Below, one piece after another: positions 10,083 to 19,287 of a stretch of 64,000 nt of DNA. The position numbers and the translations under genes are program-made. The notes below the pieces were generated by a model. The model did no database searches. It worked only from the letters and a program-made list of their open reading frames with translations, and was not told the DNA's origin. The stretch comes from an uncultured Gaiellaceae bacterium (GTDB taxonomy: Bacteria > Actinomycetota > Thermoleophilia > Gaiellales > Gaiellaceae): positions 29,149 through 93,148 of the forward strand of contig CAWAOK010000002.1 of assembly GCA_963783705.1 (NCBI GenBank). The letters run 5' to 3'. Each line of letters opens with the position of its first letter. Within the stretch, counting starts at the first letter, position 1.

Positions 10083-10417
10083 ACGTAGACGTAGGCCACG
10101 CCGAGGATCGCGATGAACACGAGGAACTCCCCGATCCCGAACCAGCCGAGCGCGTCGAGCTGCACCGCCAGCGGGTAGAGGAAGACGATCTCGATATCGA
10201 AGAGGATGAAGAGGATCGCCGTCAGGTAGAAGCTGACGGTGAAGCGGCGCTCACGGCTCGGCGCCCCTTCCGACACGCCGGACTCGAACGGGAGCATGCG
10301 AGCCTTCGTCCGCGAGACCGGCCGGCCGGGAACGATGAACGAGGCGGCAATCATCGTTGCGGGGATGGCTGCCGCGAAGATGGCGTAGAAGAGGAAGGGC
10401 AGCCAGTTCGAAAGCAC
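10052..10417 (-). CDS. nuoA: NADH-quinone oxidoreductase subunit A
   Basis: Three-helix membrane protein with LPFESGV and [10 protein letters not shown] motifs. GTG start preceded by GGGGG. Confidence 0.9.
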   Translation of the reverse strand: MLSNWLPFLFYAIFAAAIPATMIAASFIVPGRPVSRTKARMLPFESGVSEGAPSRERRFTVSFYLTAILFILFDIEIVFLYPLAVQLDALGWFGIGEFLVFIAILGVAYVYVWRKGALNWQ

Positions 10418-10564
10418 GATGACCCCCGGAACGTCGAGACTGCGCCGAGCCTAGCACTCCCTCTTCCGGCGCACGAAGGGTTCGGGAAACCCGCACAGAA
10501 TGAGCGATACGAGTGTTACAAAGTCGAAGCTGGAACCTGCGACTCCGTCCGCTACCATCAGTCC

Positions 10565-10984
10565 ATGGCAACTGTCGAGCACCCCACCGACACCCTGCTC
10601 TCCCTGACGCCCGTCGCCGCGGAGAAGATCAGGGAGCTCATGGCCGAGGAGGAGGACGCGGGAACGCTCGTCCTTCGAGTCGCGATCCAGGGTGGAGGAT
10701 GCTCCGGGTTCCAGTACGGTCTCGGCTTCGACGCCGCTCCTGCGGAGGGTGACCTCGAGCTCTCGCTCGAAGGCATTCCGGTCGTCGTCGACCCGTACTC
10801 GGCGCCGTACCTGCGCGGAACCACGATCGACTTCCTGAACTCGATCTCCGAGGCGGGCTTCAAGATCGACAACCCGAACGCCGTGTCCTCGTGCGGCTGC
10901 GGCCACTCCTTCCAGGTGGAAGAGGGCGAAGAGCTGCCAGAGGGCACCGAAGTCGGCGGTTGCGGGTCGGGCTGCTCGCACTGA
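10565..10984 (+). CDS. Iron-sulfur cluster insertion/carrier protein (HesB/IscA/ErpA family) with a Cys-rich C-terminal tail
   Basis: LRVAIQGGGCSGFQYG and the C-terminal CGCGHSF signature, followed by an extra tail QVEEGEELPEGTEVGGCGSGCSH. Confidence 0.85.
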   Translation: MATVEHPTDTLLSLTPVAAEKIRELMAEEEDAGTLVLRVAIQGGGCSGFQYGLGFDAAPAEGDLELSLEGIPVVVDPYSAPYLRGTTIDFLNSISEAGFKIDNPNAVSSCGCGHSFQVEEGEELPEGTEVGGCGSGCSH

Positions 10985-11343
10985 GCGTCCGTTATCTCGT
11001 CCACGACGTCGACGCGGCGGTCGCGTTCTACGTCGGCCTCCTCGGCTTCACACTCGTCACGCGTATGGGTCCGGCGTTCGCGATCGTCGAGCGTGAAGGA
11101 CTCTCGCTCTGGCTGAGCGGCCCGCAGACGTCCGCGGCGCAGCCGATGCCGGACGGCCGTGTTTCGGAGCCCGGTGGATGGAACAGACTCGTCATCGAGG
11201 TGTCGGACTTGCCGTCGGACGTCGAGCGAATGCGCGCTGCAGGCGTCGTGTTCCGCAACGAGCCGCTCTCGGGCCCGGGCGGAACGCAGGTCGTGCTCGA
11301 CGATCCCTCCGGGAACCCGGTCGAGCTCTTCTCGGCGCGCTGA
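10960..11343 (+). CDS. VOC/glyoxalase-bleomycin resistance family protein
   Basis: VRYLVHDVDAAVAFYVGLLGFTLV...NRLVIEVSDLPSDVERMRAAGVVFRNEPLSGPGGTQVVLDDPSGNPVELF. The start is uncertain. TTG at 10960 is the nearest in-frame start I could find upstream of the domain. Confidence 0.65.
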   Translation: MRVGLLALSVRYLVHDVDAAVAFYVGLLGFTLVTRMGPAFAIVEREGLSLWLSGPQTSAAQPMPDGRVSEPGGWNRLVIEVSDLPSDVERMRAAGVVFRNEPLSGPGGTQVVLDDPSGNPVELFSAR

Positions 11344-11358
11344 CTTTACGCACGCTTC

Positions 11359-11386
11359 GTAGGGGCGAGATATATCTCGCCCCTAC
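11359..11386. repeat. REP-like hairpin family P1, copy 2
   Basis: GTAGGGGCGAGA-TATA-TCTCGCCCCTAC. The last base is immediately followed by the ATG at 11387. Confidence 0.85.
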
Positions 11387-12754
11387 ATGAATCGCACGAT
11401 CCCCCTCCGGGTCGCCGTCGTGGGCTCCGGGCCTGCAGCGTTTTACGCTACCGCTGCCCTGCTCGCGAGTGAAGACCCGAACGTCGAGGTCGACATGATC
11501 GAGCGGCTGCCGACGCCTTGGGGGCTCGTTCGCCTCGGCGTCGCGCCCGATCATCCGCAGCTCAAGACCGTGTCGCGCGCGTTCGAGAAGATCGCCGCGC
11601 GCCCCGGATTCCGATTTTTCGGCAACGTTCAGGCGGGACGCGACGTCACGCACGACGAGCTCGCCTCGCTCTACGACGCGGTCGTCTATGCGGTGGGCTC
11701 GCAGAGCGATCGTCGACTGGGTGTTCCGGGCGAGGACCTTCCCGGCTCGTGGGCGGCGACCGAGCTCGTAGCCTGGTACAACGGCCACCCCGACTTCCAG
11801 CATCTCGAGTTCGACCTCTCCCACGAGCGCGCGGTCGTCATCGGGAACGGCAACGTCGCCCTCGACGTTGCGCGGATGCTCGCGCTGACGGAGGAGGAGC
11901 TCACGCCGACCGACACCACGGACGCTGCGATCGATGCAATCATCTCGTCAGGCATCCGCGAGATCGTCGTGCTCGGCCGTCGCGGTCCGGTTCAGGCGGC
12001 CTGGACGTCGACCGAGCTCGGTGAGCTGGGCGAGCTGGCCGGCGCGGGCGTCGTCGTCGACCCGGGTGAGCTCGAGCTCGATCCTGCGAGCGAGGCGGAG
12101 CTCGAAGCCGCGTCGAACGTCGTTCGGCGGAACGTCGAGATCCTGCGCGAGTTTGCGTTGCGTAAGCCCGAGGGCGAGCCCCGCATCGTCCGCCTGCGAT
12201 TCTGCGCCTCTCCGGTCGCGATTCTCGGCGACGAGTGTGTCGAGGCCGTGGAGATCGTTCACAACCGCCTCGAGCCGGACGGCGGCGGATCGGTTCGTGC
12301 GGTTCCCACCGACGAGCGCGAGGTGATCCCGTGCGGGATCGTCTTCCGCAGCGTCGGATATCGCGGGGTCGGCGTGTCGGGGGTGCCGTTCGACGAAGCC
12401 GCCGGCACTATCCCGAACCACGCAGGGCGCGTGCTCGACGAAGCTGGACAGCCGGTTGGCGGTCTCTATTGCGCGGGCTGGATCAAGCGTGGCCCGTCAG
12501 GTGTCATCGGAACGAACAAGAAGGACGCCACGGAGACGGTCGAGCTCCTACTCGACGATGCCCGCACGGGGAAGCTCGAGGCACGTGCCGGCGGCTCGCT
12601 CGAGGACCTGCTCGTGGAGCGTGGCGTGGGAGCGGTGATGTACGCGGGATGGGAAGCGATCGACGCGCTCGAGCGGGCGCGCGGCGAGCCCCATGGGCGC
12701 CCACGGGTCAAGCTGACCACGTGGGACGAGCTGTTGGCATCCGCCAGGATCTAG
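11387..12754 (+). CDS. fprA: Ferredoxin--NADP(+) reductase, adrenodoxin-reductase type
   Basis: VAVVGSGPAAFYA dinucleotide fold, a second GNGNVALDVAR fold, and CGWIKRGPSGVIGTNK, typical of FprA/AdR-like enzymes. Confidence 0.85.
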   Translation: MNRTIPLRVAVVGSGPAAFYATAALLASEDPNVEVDMIERLPTPWGLVRLGVAPDHPQLKTVSRAFEKIAARPGFRFFGNVQAGRDVTHDELASLYDAVVYAVGSQSDRRLGVPGEDLPGSWAATELVAWYNGHPDFQHLEFDLSHERAVVIGNGNVALDVARMLALTEEELTPTDTTDAAIDAIISSGIREIVVLGRRGPVQAAWTSTELGELGELAGAGVVVDPGELELDPASEAELEAASNVVRRNVEILREFALRKPEGEPRIVRLRFCASPVAILGDECVEAVEIVHNRLEPDGGGSVRAVPTDEREVIPCGIVFRSVGYRGVGVSGVPFDEAAGTIPNHAGRVLDEAGQPVGGLYCAGWIKRGPSGVIGTNKKDATETVELLLDDARTGKLEARAGGSLEDLLVERGVGAVMYAGWEAIDALERARGEPHGRPRVKLTTWDELLASARI

Positions 12755-12769
12755 AGACTAGTACGAGTC

Positions 12770-12798
12770 TTGACTAATGTGGTCAGGCATCGTACTAT
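12770..12798 (+). promoter_or_regulatory. Sigma-70-type promoter for the MarR gene, probably giving a leaderless or near-leaderless mRNA
   Basis: TTGACT (12770-12775), 17-nt spacer, TACTAT (12793-12798), then the ATG at 12802 only 3 nt downstream with no SD. The inverted repeat AGTACGA...TCGTACT spans the promoter and is a possible MarR operator. Confidence 0.6.
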
Positions 12799-12801
12799 CG
12801 G

Positions 12802-13239
12802 ATGAGTGATCGCTTCCCCGTCTCTCGCGACAACCTCGGGTTTCTCCTTGCGAAGGCATCCCAGCACTGGAACGACCTTCTTGCCGAACGGTTCCGGGAC
12901 GCCGGCTTTCCAGAGGTGCGGCCCTCGTTCGGATCGGTCCTCGTCCCTCTCCTGGAGGAGGACGACTTGCGGATCGGTGAGCTCGCTCGGCGTGCACGCG
13001 TCAGCAAGCAGGCGATGACGACCCTCGTCCGCTCGGTGGAGGAGGCTGGTCTCGTCGTGCGCGCGCCGGATCCTCTCGACCGGCGAGCGGCACGCGTGTG
13101 CCTGTCGGCGAAAGGACGTGCGTTTCGCCCGGTGGCGGAGCAGTCGTTGCGCGAGCTCGACGAGCTGGTGATGGTGTCCCTAACGGAGGCGGAGCGCGAT
13201 CGACTCATTGACGCATTGCGAAAGGTGGTCGAGTCATGA
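12802..13239 (+). CDS. MarR family transcriptional regulator
   Basis: Winged-helix region IGELARRARVSKQAMTTLVRSVEEAGLVVRAPDPLDRRA, 145 aa. Confidence 0.85.
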   Translation: MSDRFPVSRDNLGFLLAKASQHWNDLLAERFRDAGFPEVRPSFGSVLVPLLEEDDLRIGELARRARVSKQAMTTLVRSVEEAGLVVRAPDPLDRRAARVCLSAKGRAFRPVAEQSLRELDELVMVSLTEAERDRLIDALRKVVES

Positions 13240-13628
13240 GAAGCGAAACCGTCACCGTCGTCCTCGACGCGCCCAAGACGGAGGTCTTCGATTTCCTGTC
13301 CCGTGTCGAGAGCTTGCCCGTATGGGCGACCGAGTTCGCCCGCGAGCTCGAGTGGGAAAGCGGCGGCGCGAAGGTCGTCAACGGTCTCGGAGAGTTCTGG
13401 TTTCGGATCGACGCGGACCCCGCGACCGGTGTCATCGACATGCGATCGGGTCCCGAGCCGGACAATCTCGCGCTCTTTCCGACGCGCGTCGTGCCGCTCG
13501 GCGGGCGCAGCGCCTTCGTGTTCACGATGTTCCAGGGTCCGGGCATGCCCGATGAGCTCTTCGTGTCGCAGCACGCTTCCCTGGTTCGCGAGCTCGAGGG
13601 GCTGCAGGCGCGGTTCGCCGCCGCGTGA
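13236..13628 (+). CDS. SRPBCC-superfamily (polyketide cyclase/START-like) protein
   Basis: 130 aa starting MRSETVTVVLDAPKTEVFDFLSRVESLPVWATEF. ATGA overlap with the MarR gene. Family call is from the N-terminal pattern only. Confidence 0.55.
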   Translation: MRSETVTVVLDAPKTEVFDFLSRVESLPVWATEFARELEWESGGAKVVNGLGEFWFRIDADPATGVIDMRSGPEPDNLALFPTRVVPLGGRSAFVFTMFQGPGMPDELFVSQHASLVRELEGLQARFAAA

Positions 13629-13630
13629 GA

Positions 13631-14677
13631 TCAGCCGAGGAGAACGTCGAGGGTCCGATCGACGTCGTACCGGGTGTTGTAGATGTGCCACGAGGTGCGT
13701 AGCCGGCCGCCGCGCACCGCGGCACGGATGCCGGCACGCTCGAGCTTCTCGGCTGCGTTCTGGATGTCGCAGAACACGATCGCGGAGTTGCTCGGCTCGA
13801 GCCCGAGGCCGGCACGGAAGCGGTTCGCGAGCCGGACATCGTGCGCATGGATCTCGTCGATCCCTACCTGCTCGATCACGTCGAGTGCCGCGGCGGTGGC
13901 GACCCACATGAACCAGGCCGGGGAGGTGTCGAATCGCCGCGCGTTGGTCGCGAGGCGGAGTGGCCCGCCGAAGAACGTCTGCAACGGATCCTCTCCCGCG
14001 TACCAGCCGGCGCTGTGAGGTACGACGGCATTCGTTCGCTCCGGTGCGATCGCCATGAACGCCGTCCCGCGCGGCGACATCATCCACTTGTAGGCGTGCG
14101 CCGCGACGACGTCGAATCGCTCCTGGGCGAACGGGAGCCAGCCGACAGCCTGCGTCGCGTTGACGACGGTGACGACGCCGTGCTCCGCCGCAGCGACCGC
14201 GATCGCGGCGAGGTCTGCGACCTCGCCAGTCGCCATCTGCACGGCGCTGAAGGCGACCACGTTGAGGTCTGGGCCGATCTCGGAGGCGAGCTCGGCGGCC
14301 GGGACGAGCCGCACCGTGACCCCGCGGTGTTCCTGCACGAGGAACGGGAAGAGGAGAGAGGTGAACTCGACGTCGGGCACGAGGACGTGTGCACCGTCCG
14401 GGATCGACGCTGCGACGAGACCGATGAGCGTCGAGACGTTCGGTCCGATCGCCACCTGCTCGACGGGAACGCCCACCAGACGGGCGAACGAGGCGCGAGC
14501 GTCCTCGCCGGGCACGCCCCAGTGCTCCCAGCTCGTCCTTCCTCCCTGCCAGTCGGAGAGGGCGACCTGGAGCGCGTCCCACGCCGGCTGCGGGGGCAGG
14601 CCGTACGACGCGGTGTTGAGATACGCACCCGCTGGTGTCCAGAGCTGCTGCGCCTCGGCAAGTGAGAGCGGCTCCAC
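13631..14677 (-). CDS. Class V aminotransferase / cysteine desulfurase-like PLP enzyme
   Basis: 348 aa with LNTASYG near the N-terminus and HAYKWMMSPRG (candidate PLP lysine). Confidence 0.75.
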   Translation of the reverse strand: MEPLSLAEAQQLWTPAGAYLNTASYGLPPQPAWDALQVALSDWQGGRTSWEHWGVPGEDARASFARLVGVPVEQVAIGPNVSTLIGLVAASIPDGAHVLVPDVEFTSLLFPFLVQEHRGVTVRLVPAAELASEIGPDLNVVAFSAVQMATGEVADLAAIAVAAAEHGVVTVVNATQAVGWLPFAQERFDVVAAHAYKWMMSPRGTAFMAIAPERTNAVVPHSAGWYAGEDPLQTFFGGPLRLATNARRFDTSPAWFMWVATAAALDVIEQVGIDEIHAHDVRLANRFRAGLGLEPSNSAIVFCDIQNAAEKLERAGIRAAVRGGRLRTSWHIYNTRYDVDRTLDVLLG

Positions 14678-14714
14678 TCCGGGAAGTCTGACGGGTCGGA
14701 GCTAGACTCGCGCG

Positions 14715-16043
14715 ATGGCGAAAGCAGCCGAGACCGAGGCTCTCTGGGGCGCCGAGACGGAGAAGGCGATCGCCAACTTCCCTGTTTCGGGCGAGCCGAT
14801 ACCCATCCCGGTTGCGCGCTGGCTGGGCCGGATCAAGGCTGCCGCGGCTCGCGCGAATGCCGACCTCGGGCTCCTCGATCAGGAGCTCGCCGATCGCATC
14901 GCGTCGGCCGGAGATCGCATCGCGGCGGGCGAGTTCGACGATCAGTTCCCGATCGACGTCTTCCAGACCGGATCAGGCACGAGCTCGAACATGAACGCGA
15001 ACGAGGTCATCGCGTCGCTCGCCGGAGACGACGTCCATCCTAACGACCACGTGAACATGGGCCAGTCGTCGAACGACGTCTTCCCGTCGGCCGTCCATCT
15101 GGCGGCGCTGGGCGAGCTCGCGAACGGCCTGCTTCCCGCGCTCGTCACTCTCGCCGCGGCGCTCGAGCGGAAGGCCGCGGAGTTCGACGACGTCGTGAAG
15201 TCGGGACGCACGCACCTCATGGACGCCGTCCCCGTCACGCTCGGCCAGGAGTTCGGCGGCTACGCGGCGCAGGTCCGGCAGGGGATCGCACGCATCGAGG
15301 ACACGATGCCGCGACTCGGCCAGATCCCGCTCGGCGGCACCGCGACCGGGACCGGCTTGAACACGCACGCCGAGTTTGCGACGCGCGTGCGCGAGCTCCT
15401 CACGGCCGACACGGGGCTGACGATTTCGGCTCCGGCCGACCACTTCGAGGCCCAGGCGGCGCGCGACGGCCTCGTCGAGGCCTCGGGCGCGCTCAAGGTC
15501 GTGGCGGCGTCGCTCACGAAGATCGCGAACGACCTCCGTCTGATGGGATCGGGCCCACGCGCGGGTCTCTCCGAGATCTTCCTCCCGGAGCTCCAGAAGG
15601 GCAGCTCGATCATGCCCGGCAAGGTGAATCCGGTCATCCCGGAGGTCGTGACGCAGGTCGCCGCGCAGGTGATCGGCAACGATGTCGCCATCACCGTCGG
15701 CGGCATGGGCGGCCACTTCGAGCTCAACGTCTACATCCCGCTCATGGCACGGAATCTCCTCGACTCGGTCGAGCTGCTTTCGAGTGCTTCGCGCTTGCTC
15801 GCGGAGCGGTGCGTCGACGGGATCGAGGCGAATCGCGAGCGCAACAACCAGTACGCCGAGAGCACCCTCGCCGCAGCGACCGCGCTCAACCCGTTCATCG
15901 GCTACGACAAGGCGACCGAGATCGTGAAGGAAGCGACCGCGTCGGGAAAGCCACTTCGAGAGGTCGCTCGCGACGCGGGTGTGGACGAGTCGATCCTCGA
16001 CGAGGCGCTCGACTTCCACAGGATGGCCAAGCCGCACGGCTGA
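14715..16043 (+). CDS. Fumarate hydratase class II / aspartate ammonia-lyase family lyase
   Basis: QTGSGTSSNMNANEVIA and the signature GSSIMPGKVNPVIPE. The motifs mix FumC-like and AspA-like features, so substrate is not assigned. Confidence 0.8.
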   Translation: MAKAAETEALWGAETEKAIANFPVSGEPIPIPVARWLGRIKAAAARANADLGLLDQELADRIASAGDRIAAGEFDDQFPIDVFQTGSGTSSNMNANEVIASLAGDDVHPNDHVNMGQSSNDVFPSAVHLAALGELANGLLPALVTLAAALERKAAEFDDVVKSGRTHLMDAVPVTLGQEFGGYAAQVRQGIARIEDTMPRLGQIPLGGTATGTGLNTHAEFATRVRELLTADTGLTISAPADHFEAQAARDGLVEASGALKVVAASLTKIANDLRLMGSGPRAGLSEIFLPELQKGSSIMPGKVNPVIPEVVTQVAAQVIGNDVAITVGGMGGHFELNVYIPLMARNLLDSVELLSSASRLLAERCVDGIEANRERNNQYAESTLAAATALNPFIGYDKATEIVKEATASGKPLREVARDAGVDESILDEALDFHRMAKPHG

Positions 16044-16156
16044 GCGCGCTCCCGTTTGACGAATCCCTAACTGCGGCCCACACTATGCGAGTCACGGGGG
16101 GCGGTGCCCGCACGGCGGGTGGACGCCCGGCCCAGTAGCCAACAAGGGGAGAGAGA

Positions 16157-18295
16157 GTGCATACATCGAGATTCAAGGCTGTCGTCATTTCGGCGGCCGT
16201 CGTCGCTCTCGGCTTAGGAGTAGGTACGAGCTCCGCCGGGGGCCCGACCACCGACGGTGGGTCGGCCCCGACGGTCGACACGGGGAGCGCGCTCGTTCAG
16301 TTGCAGGGCGCGCCGCTTGCGACCTACGAGAAGACCAAGCCGGCGAAGGGGAAGAAGATCGACTTTTCGAGCAACAGCGTCAGGTCCTACCGCGCTCAGT
16401 TGAACCAGGTGCGCAACGACTTCAAGCGGTGGCTCCAGCAGAACGCCAAGTCCGCGAACGTCACCGGTGAGTTCGACATCGCCCTGAATGCAGTAGCGGT
16501 TCAGCTCAACGGGACCTCCCTCGGCACGATCGCGGCGGCTCCGATGGTCCAGCGCGCCGAATACCAGGGACTCTATTCGCCGGCGGCGCACGGGTTCGAC
16601 CCTGACCTCTCGCTGATCGACGCGTTCGACGCCTGGGGCGGCGCCACGCACGCGACCGGCGCCGCGTCGGCGGGAGCGGGCACGAAGGTCGCGATCATCG
16701 ACTCCGGCATCGACGCGAGCCATCCGTGCTTCGGCGGGACCGGCTCGAACGGCGGCACGAACGCGAAGATCCTCGACGCGGCCGTCTACTACAACAAGAA
16801 CGGTGTCGCAGGGTTGTCTCCTGCTGACGAGGACGGGCACGGCACGCATGTCGCCGGCACGGTGGCGTGCAACTTCAACACCGCTGCCACCGTCAACGGG
16901 GTTCCGATCCCGTACGGCGTCTCCGGTGTGGCTCCGGCCGCGAAGCTCGGGAACTTCAACGTCTTCCCGGGCACGCTCGAGAGCGCTCGCTCCGAGGACA
17001 TCCTCGATGCACTCGAAGACGCGCTCGAGAAGGGCTACGACGTCGCCAACATGAGTCTCGGCGGCGGGTCGCACGGCATCCAAGACCTGCTCAGCATGGG
17101 TGTCGACAACGCCGACGCAGCCGGGATGGTTGTGGCCGTCGCCGCGGGGAACAGTGGCCCGGGCCTGAACACGGTCGAGTCGCCCGGCATGGCGCCGCGC
17201 GCCCTCACGGCCGGTGCCGCCTCGGTTGGCCACTTCGTAGGTGCGCCTATGACGGTCGGCACATCGGAGTTTCGGCTGGCATCGGGTGACTTCGCCACGG
17301 TGGCCTCGGATCTGACGAGGATCCTGGACGCCGTGCAGGACGCGGCCGGCCCGGGTGGCCTCAGCGTCGCTTGCGCTGCGCTTCCGGCCGGCAGTCTGAC
17401 GAACGAGATCGCCGTGGTTTCGCGCGGTGTGTGCTCGTTCTCGATGAAGATCCGCAACGCCCAGACTGCGGGGGCCGCTGCAGTTGTGGTCGTGAACAAC
17501 CAGCAAGGTGACCCGAGCGCGATGGCTCAGGACGGGACACCGAATCAGCCCACGGTTCCGGCGTACATGGTGGGGATCGCGAGCCGGGCGGCGCTCCTCG
17601 CCGCGGACGGCTCGTCCGCCACGATCGACTCGACGCTGTCGTACTTCCTGACCGGCAACGACGACTTCATGGCCGGATTCTCGAGCCAGGGGCCGACCGA
17701 TGTTGACTTCAGGGTGAAGCCCGATGTCGTCGCTCCGGGCGTCAACGTGCTGTCGGCACAGCCGGACAACGGCTGGGCGTTCTTCAATGGCACGTCGATG
17801 GCGACTCCGCATCTCGCGGGCTCGTCCGCGTTCCTGAAGTCGAAGCACGCGGGTTGGAGCACGTCCGAGATCCGCTCGGCGATCGTGAACACCGCCGACC
17901 AAGGTGTTCTCAAGACGTTCGACACGGGTCTTCTGACCACGAACGTCAACATCGTCGGCTCGGGTCGTCTGAACCTCGATGCGGCAGAGGCGGCCGTCGT
18001 CGCGCTCGATCCGGTGAGCGTGAGCTTCGGTGGCGTCGCTTCGGGCTCCGGGCAGAGCGCTTCGCAGGTCGTGTCGCTCAGCAACCTCGGTGGCGCTGGG
18101 CCGTACACGGCGGCGGTGACCGGTGAGAACTGCAGTCCGCTCGTGGACTTCGGCGCAGCGGTCTCGAACATGAACGTCATCGTCACGATGACGGCGCAGA
18201 AGCTCCAGGGCGCGGCGTTGTGTCAGGGCACCCTGCGCATCTCGAATGCGAGTGGCGAGGTTGCCCATGCCGCCGTGTTCGCGCTGATCAAGTAG
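16157..18295 (+). CDS. Secreted subtilisin-like serine protease (S8 family) with an inserted PA-like domain
   Basis: Signal-like N-terminus (AVVISAAVVALGLGVGTSSAGG). Catalytic triad contexts VAIIDSGIDASHP, HGTHVAGTVA and GTSMATPHLAGSSA. GTG start preceded by AAGGGGAGAG. Confidence 0.9.
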   Translation: MHTSRFKAVVISAAVVALGLGVGTSSAGGPTTDGGSAPTVDTGSALVQLQGAPLATYEKTKPAKGKKIDFSSNSVRSYRAQLNQVRNDFKRWLQQNAKSANVTGEFDIALNAVAVQLNGTSLGTIAAAPMVQRAEYQGLYSPAAHGFDPDLSLIDAFDAWGGATHATGAASAGAGTKVAIIDSGIDASHPCFGGTGSNGGTNAKILDAAVYYNKNGVAGLSPADEDGHGTHVAGTVACNFNTAATVNGVPIPYGVSGVAPAAKLGNFNVFPGTLESARSEDILDALEDALEKGYDVANMSLGGGSHGIQDLLSMGVDNADAAGMVVAVAAGNSGPGLNTVESPGMAPRALTAGAASVGHFVGAPMTVGTSEFRLASGDFATVASDLTRILDAVQDAAGPGGLSVACAALPAGSLTNEIAVVSRGVCSFSMKIRNAQTAGAAAVVVVNNQQGDPSAMAQDGTPNQPTVPAYMVGIASRAALLAADGSSATIDSTLSYFLTGNDDFMAGFSSQGPTDVDFRVKPDVVAPGVNVLSAQPDNGWAFFNGTSMATPHLAGSSAFLKSKHAGWSTSEIRSAIVNTADQGVLKTFDTGLLTTNVNIVGSGRLNLDAAEAAVVALDPVSVSFGGVASGSGQSASQVVSLSNLGGAGPYTAAVTGENCSPLVDFGAAVSNMNVIVTMTAQKLQGAALCQGTLRISNASGEVAHAAVFALIK

Positions 18296-18317
18296 AGCCG
18301 GCAGTAGACCGACGAAC

Positions 18318-18343
18318 GAAGGGCCGCCTCCGGGCGGCCCTTC
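18318..18343. terminator. Hairpin between convergent genes (S8 protease and lipA), likely a bidirectional terminator
   Basis: GAAGGGCCGCC-TCCG-GGCGGCCCTTC, an 11-bp GC stem followed by TCATTC. Confidence 0.6.
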
Positions 18344-18347
18344 TCAT

Positions 18348-19268
18348 TCAGTAGGCGACCGCGCCGCGACCGGTCTCGGCCGCGTGGCGCTGCTCGTCCG
18401 CGCGATAGGAAGAGCGCACGAGCGGGCCGGAGAACACCGACCCGAAGCCGAGTGCCTCGCCCTGCTCGCGGAACCAGCGGAATTCGTCGGGGTGCACCCA
18501 GCGGTCGATCTGCGCGTGTTTCGGCGACGGCTGCAGGTACTGGCCGATGGTGACGACGTCGACGTCGTGCGTGCGCAGATCGCGCATCGTCTCGACGACC
18601 TCGTCGTTCGTCTCCCCGAGTCCGACGATGATCCCCGACTTCGTCAGCACCGGGTAGTCGGCCACCTCCTTCACCCGCTCGAGCAGCCACAGAGCCTTGT
18701 CGTAGCTGGCCTTGGCCCCGCGCATGCGCGCATGGAGCCGGCGCACCGTCTCGATGTTGTGGTTGAAGACCTCCGGCCGCGCCGCGAGAACCGTCGAGAG
18801 CGCATCCTCCTCGACGCCGAGGAAGTCGGGCGTGAGGATCTCGACCTTCGCCGCCGGCAGCTTGCGCTTGATCGCGCGGATCGTCGCGGCGTAGTGCGCA
18901 GCGCCGCGGTCGGGCAGGTCGTCGCGGTCGACCGAGGTGACGACCACGTGGGAGAGCTGCATCTGCGCCGCGGCCTGCGCGAGCCGGAGCGGCTCGAGCG
19001 GATCCGGCGGCGCGTCGGGCTTGCCCGAGTGCACGTAGCAGTAGCGACACGCACGCGTGCACGTGTCACCGAGGATCTGGAAGGTCGCCGTCCCGCGCCC
19101 CCAGCACTCGCCGATGTTCGGGCAGCGTGCCTCCTCGCAGATCGTGACGAGCCCGCCCTCGCGCATGAGGTTCTTCACGTCGAAGTACTGCGAGTTCGCG
19201 CTCGGCGCGCGCACCTTCATCCACTCGGGTCGGCGCGGGCGCTCGGCGACGGGAAGCGATCTCTCCAT
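18348..19268 (-). CDS. lipA: Lipoyl synthase
   Basis: CEEARCPNIGECW and radical-SAM CTRACRYC motifs. I started it at the internal ATG MERSLPVAERPRRPEWMK. The upstream part of the 440-aa track ORF looks non-coding. Confidence 0.95.
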   Translation of the reverse strand: MERSLPVAERPRRPEWMKVRAPSANSQYFDVKNLMREGGLVTICEEARCPNIGECWGRGTATFQILGDTCTRACRYCYVHSGKPDAPPDPLEPLRLAQAAAQMQLSHVVVTSVDRDDLPDRGAAHYAATIRAIKRKLPAAKVEILTPDFLGVEEDALSTVLAARPEVFNHNIETVRRLHARMRGAKASYDKALWLLERVKEVADYPVLTKSGIIVGLGETNDEVVETMRDLRTHDVDVVTIGQYLQPSPKHAQIDRWVHPDEFRWFREQGEALGFGSVFSGPLVRSSYRADEQRHAAETGRGAVAY

Positions 19269-19287
19269 CGCGATTAGTCTAGAGACG

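Noticed and set aside
16056-16086. TTGACG ... CACTAT as the promoter of the secreted protease
   Set aside because: The spacer is 19 nt and the -10 match is weak, so it is not convincing enough to annotate.
16214-18268. 684-aa minus-strand ORF opposite the secreted S8 protease
   Set aside because: Arg-rich nonsense sequence with no motifs. The plus-strand protease has a full catalytic triad and a signal peptide.
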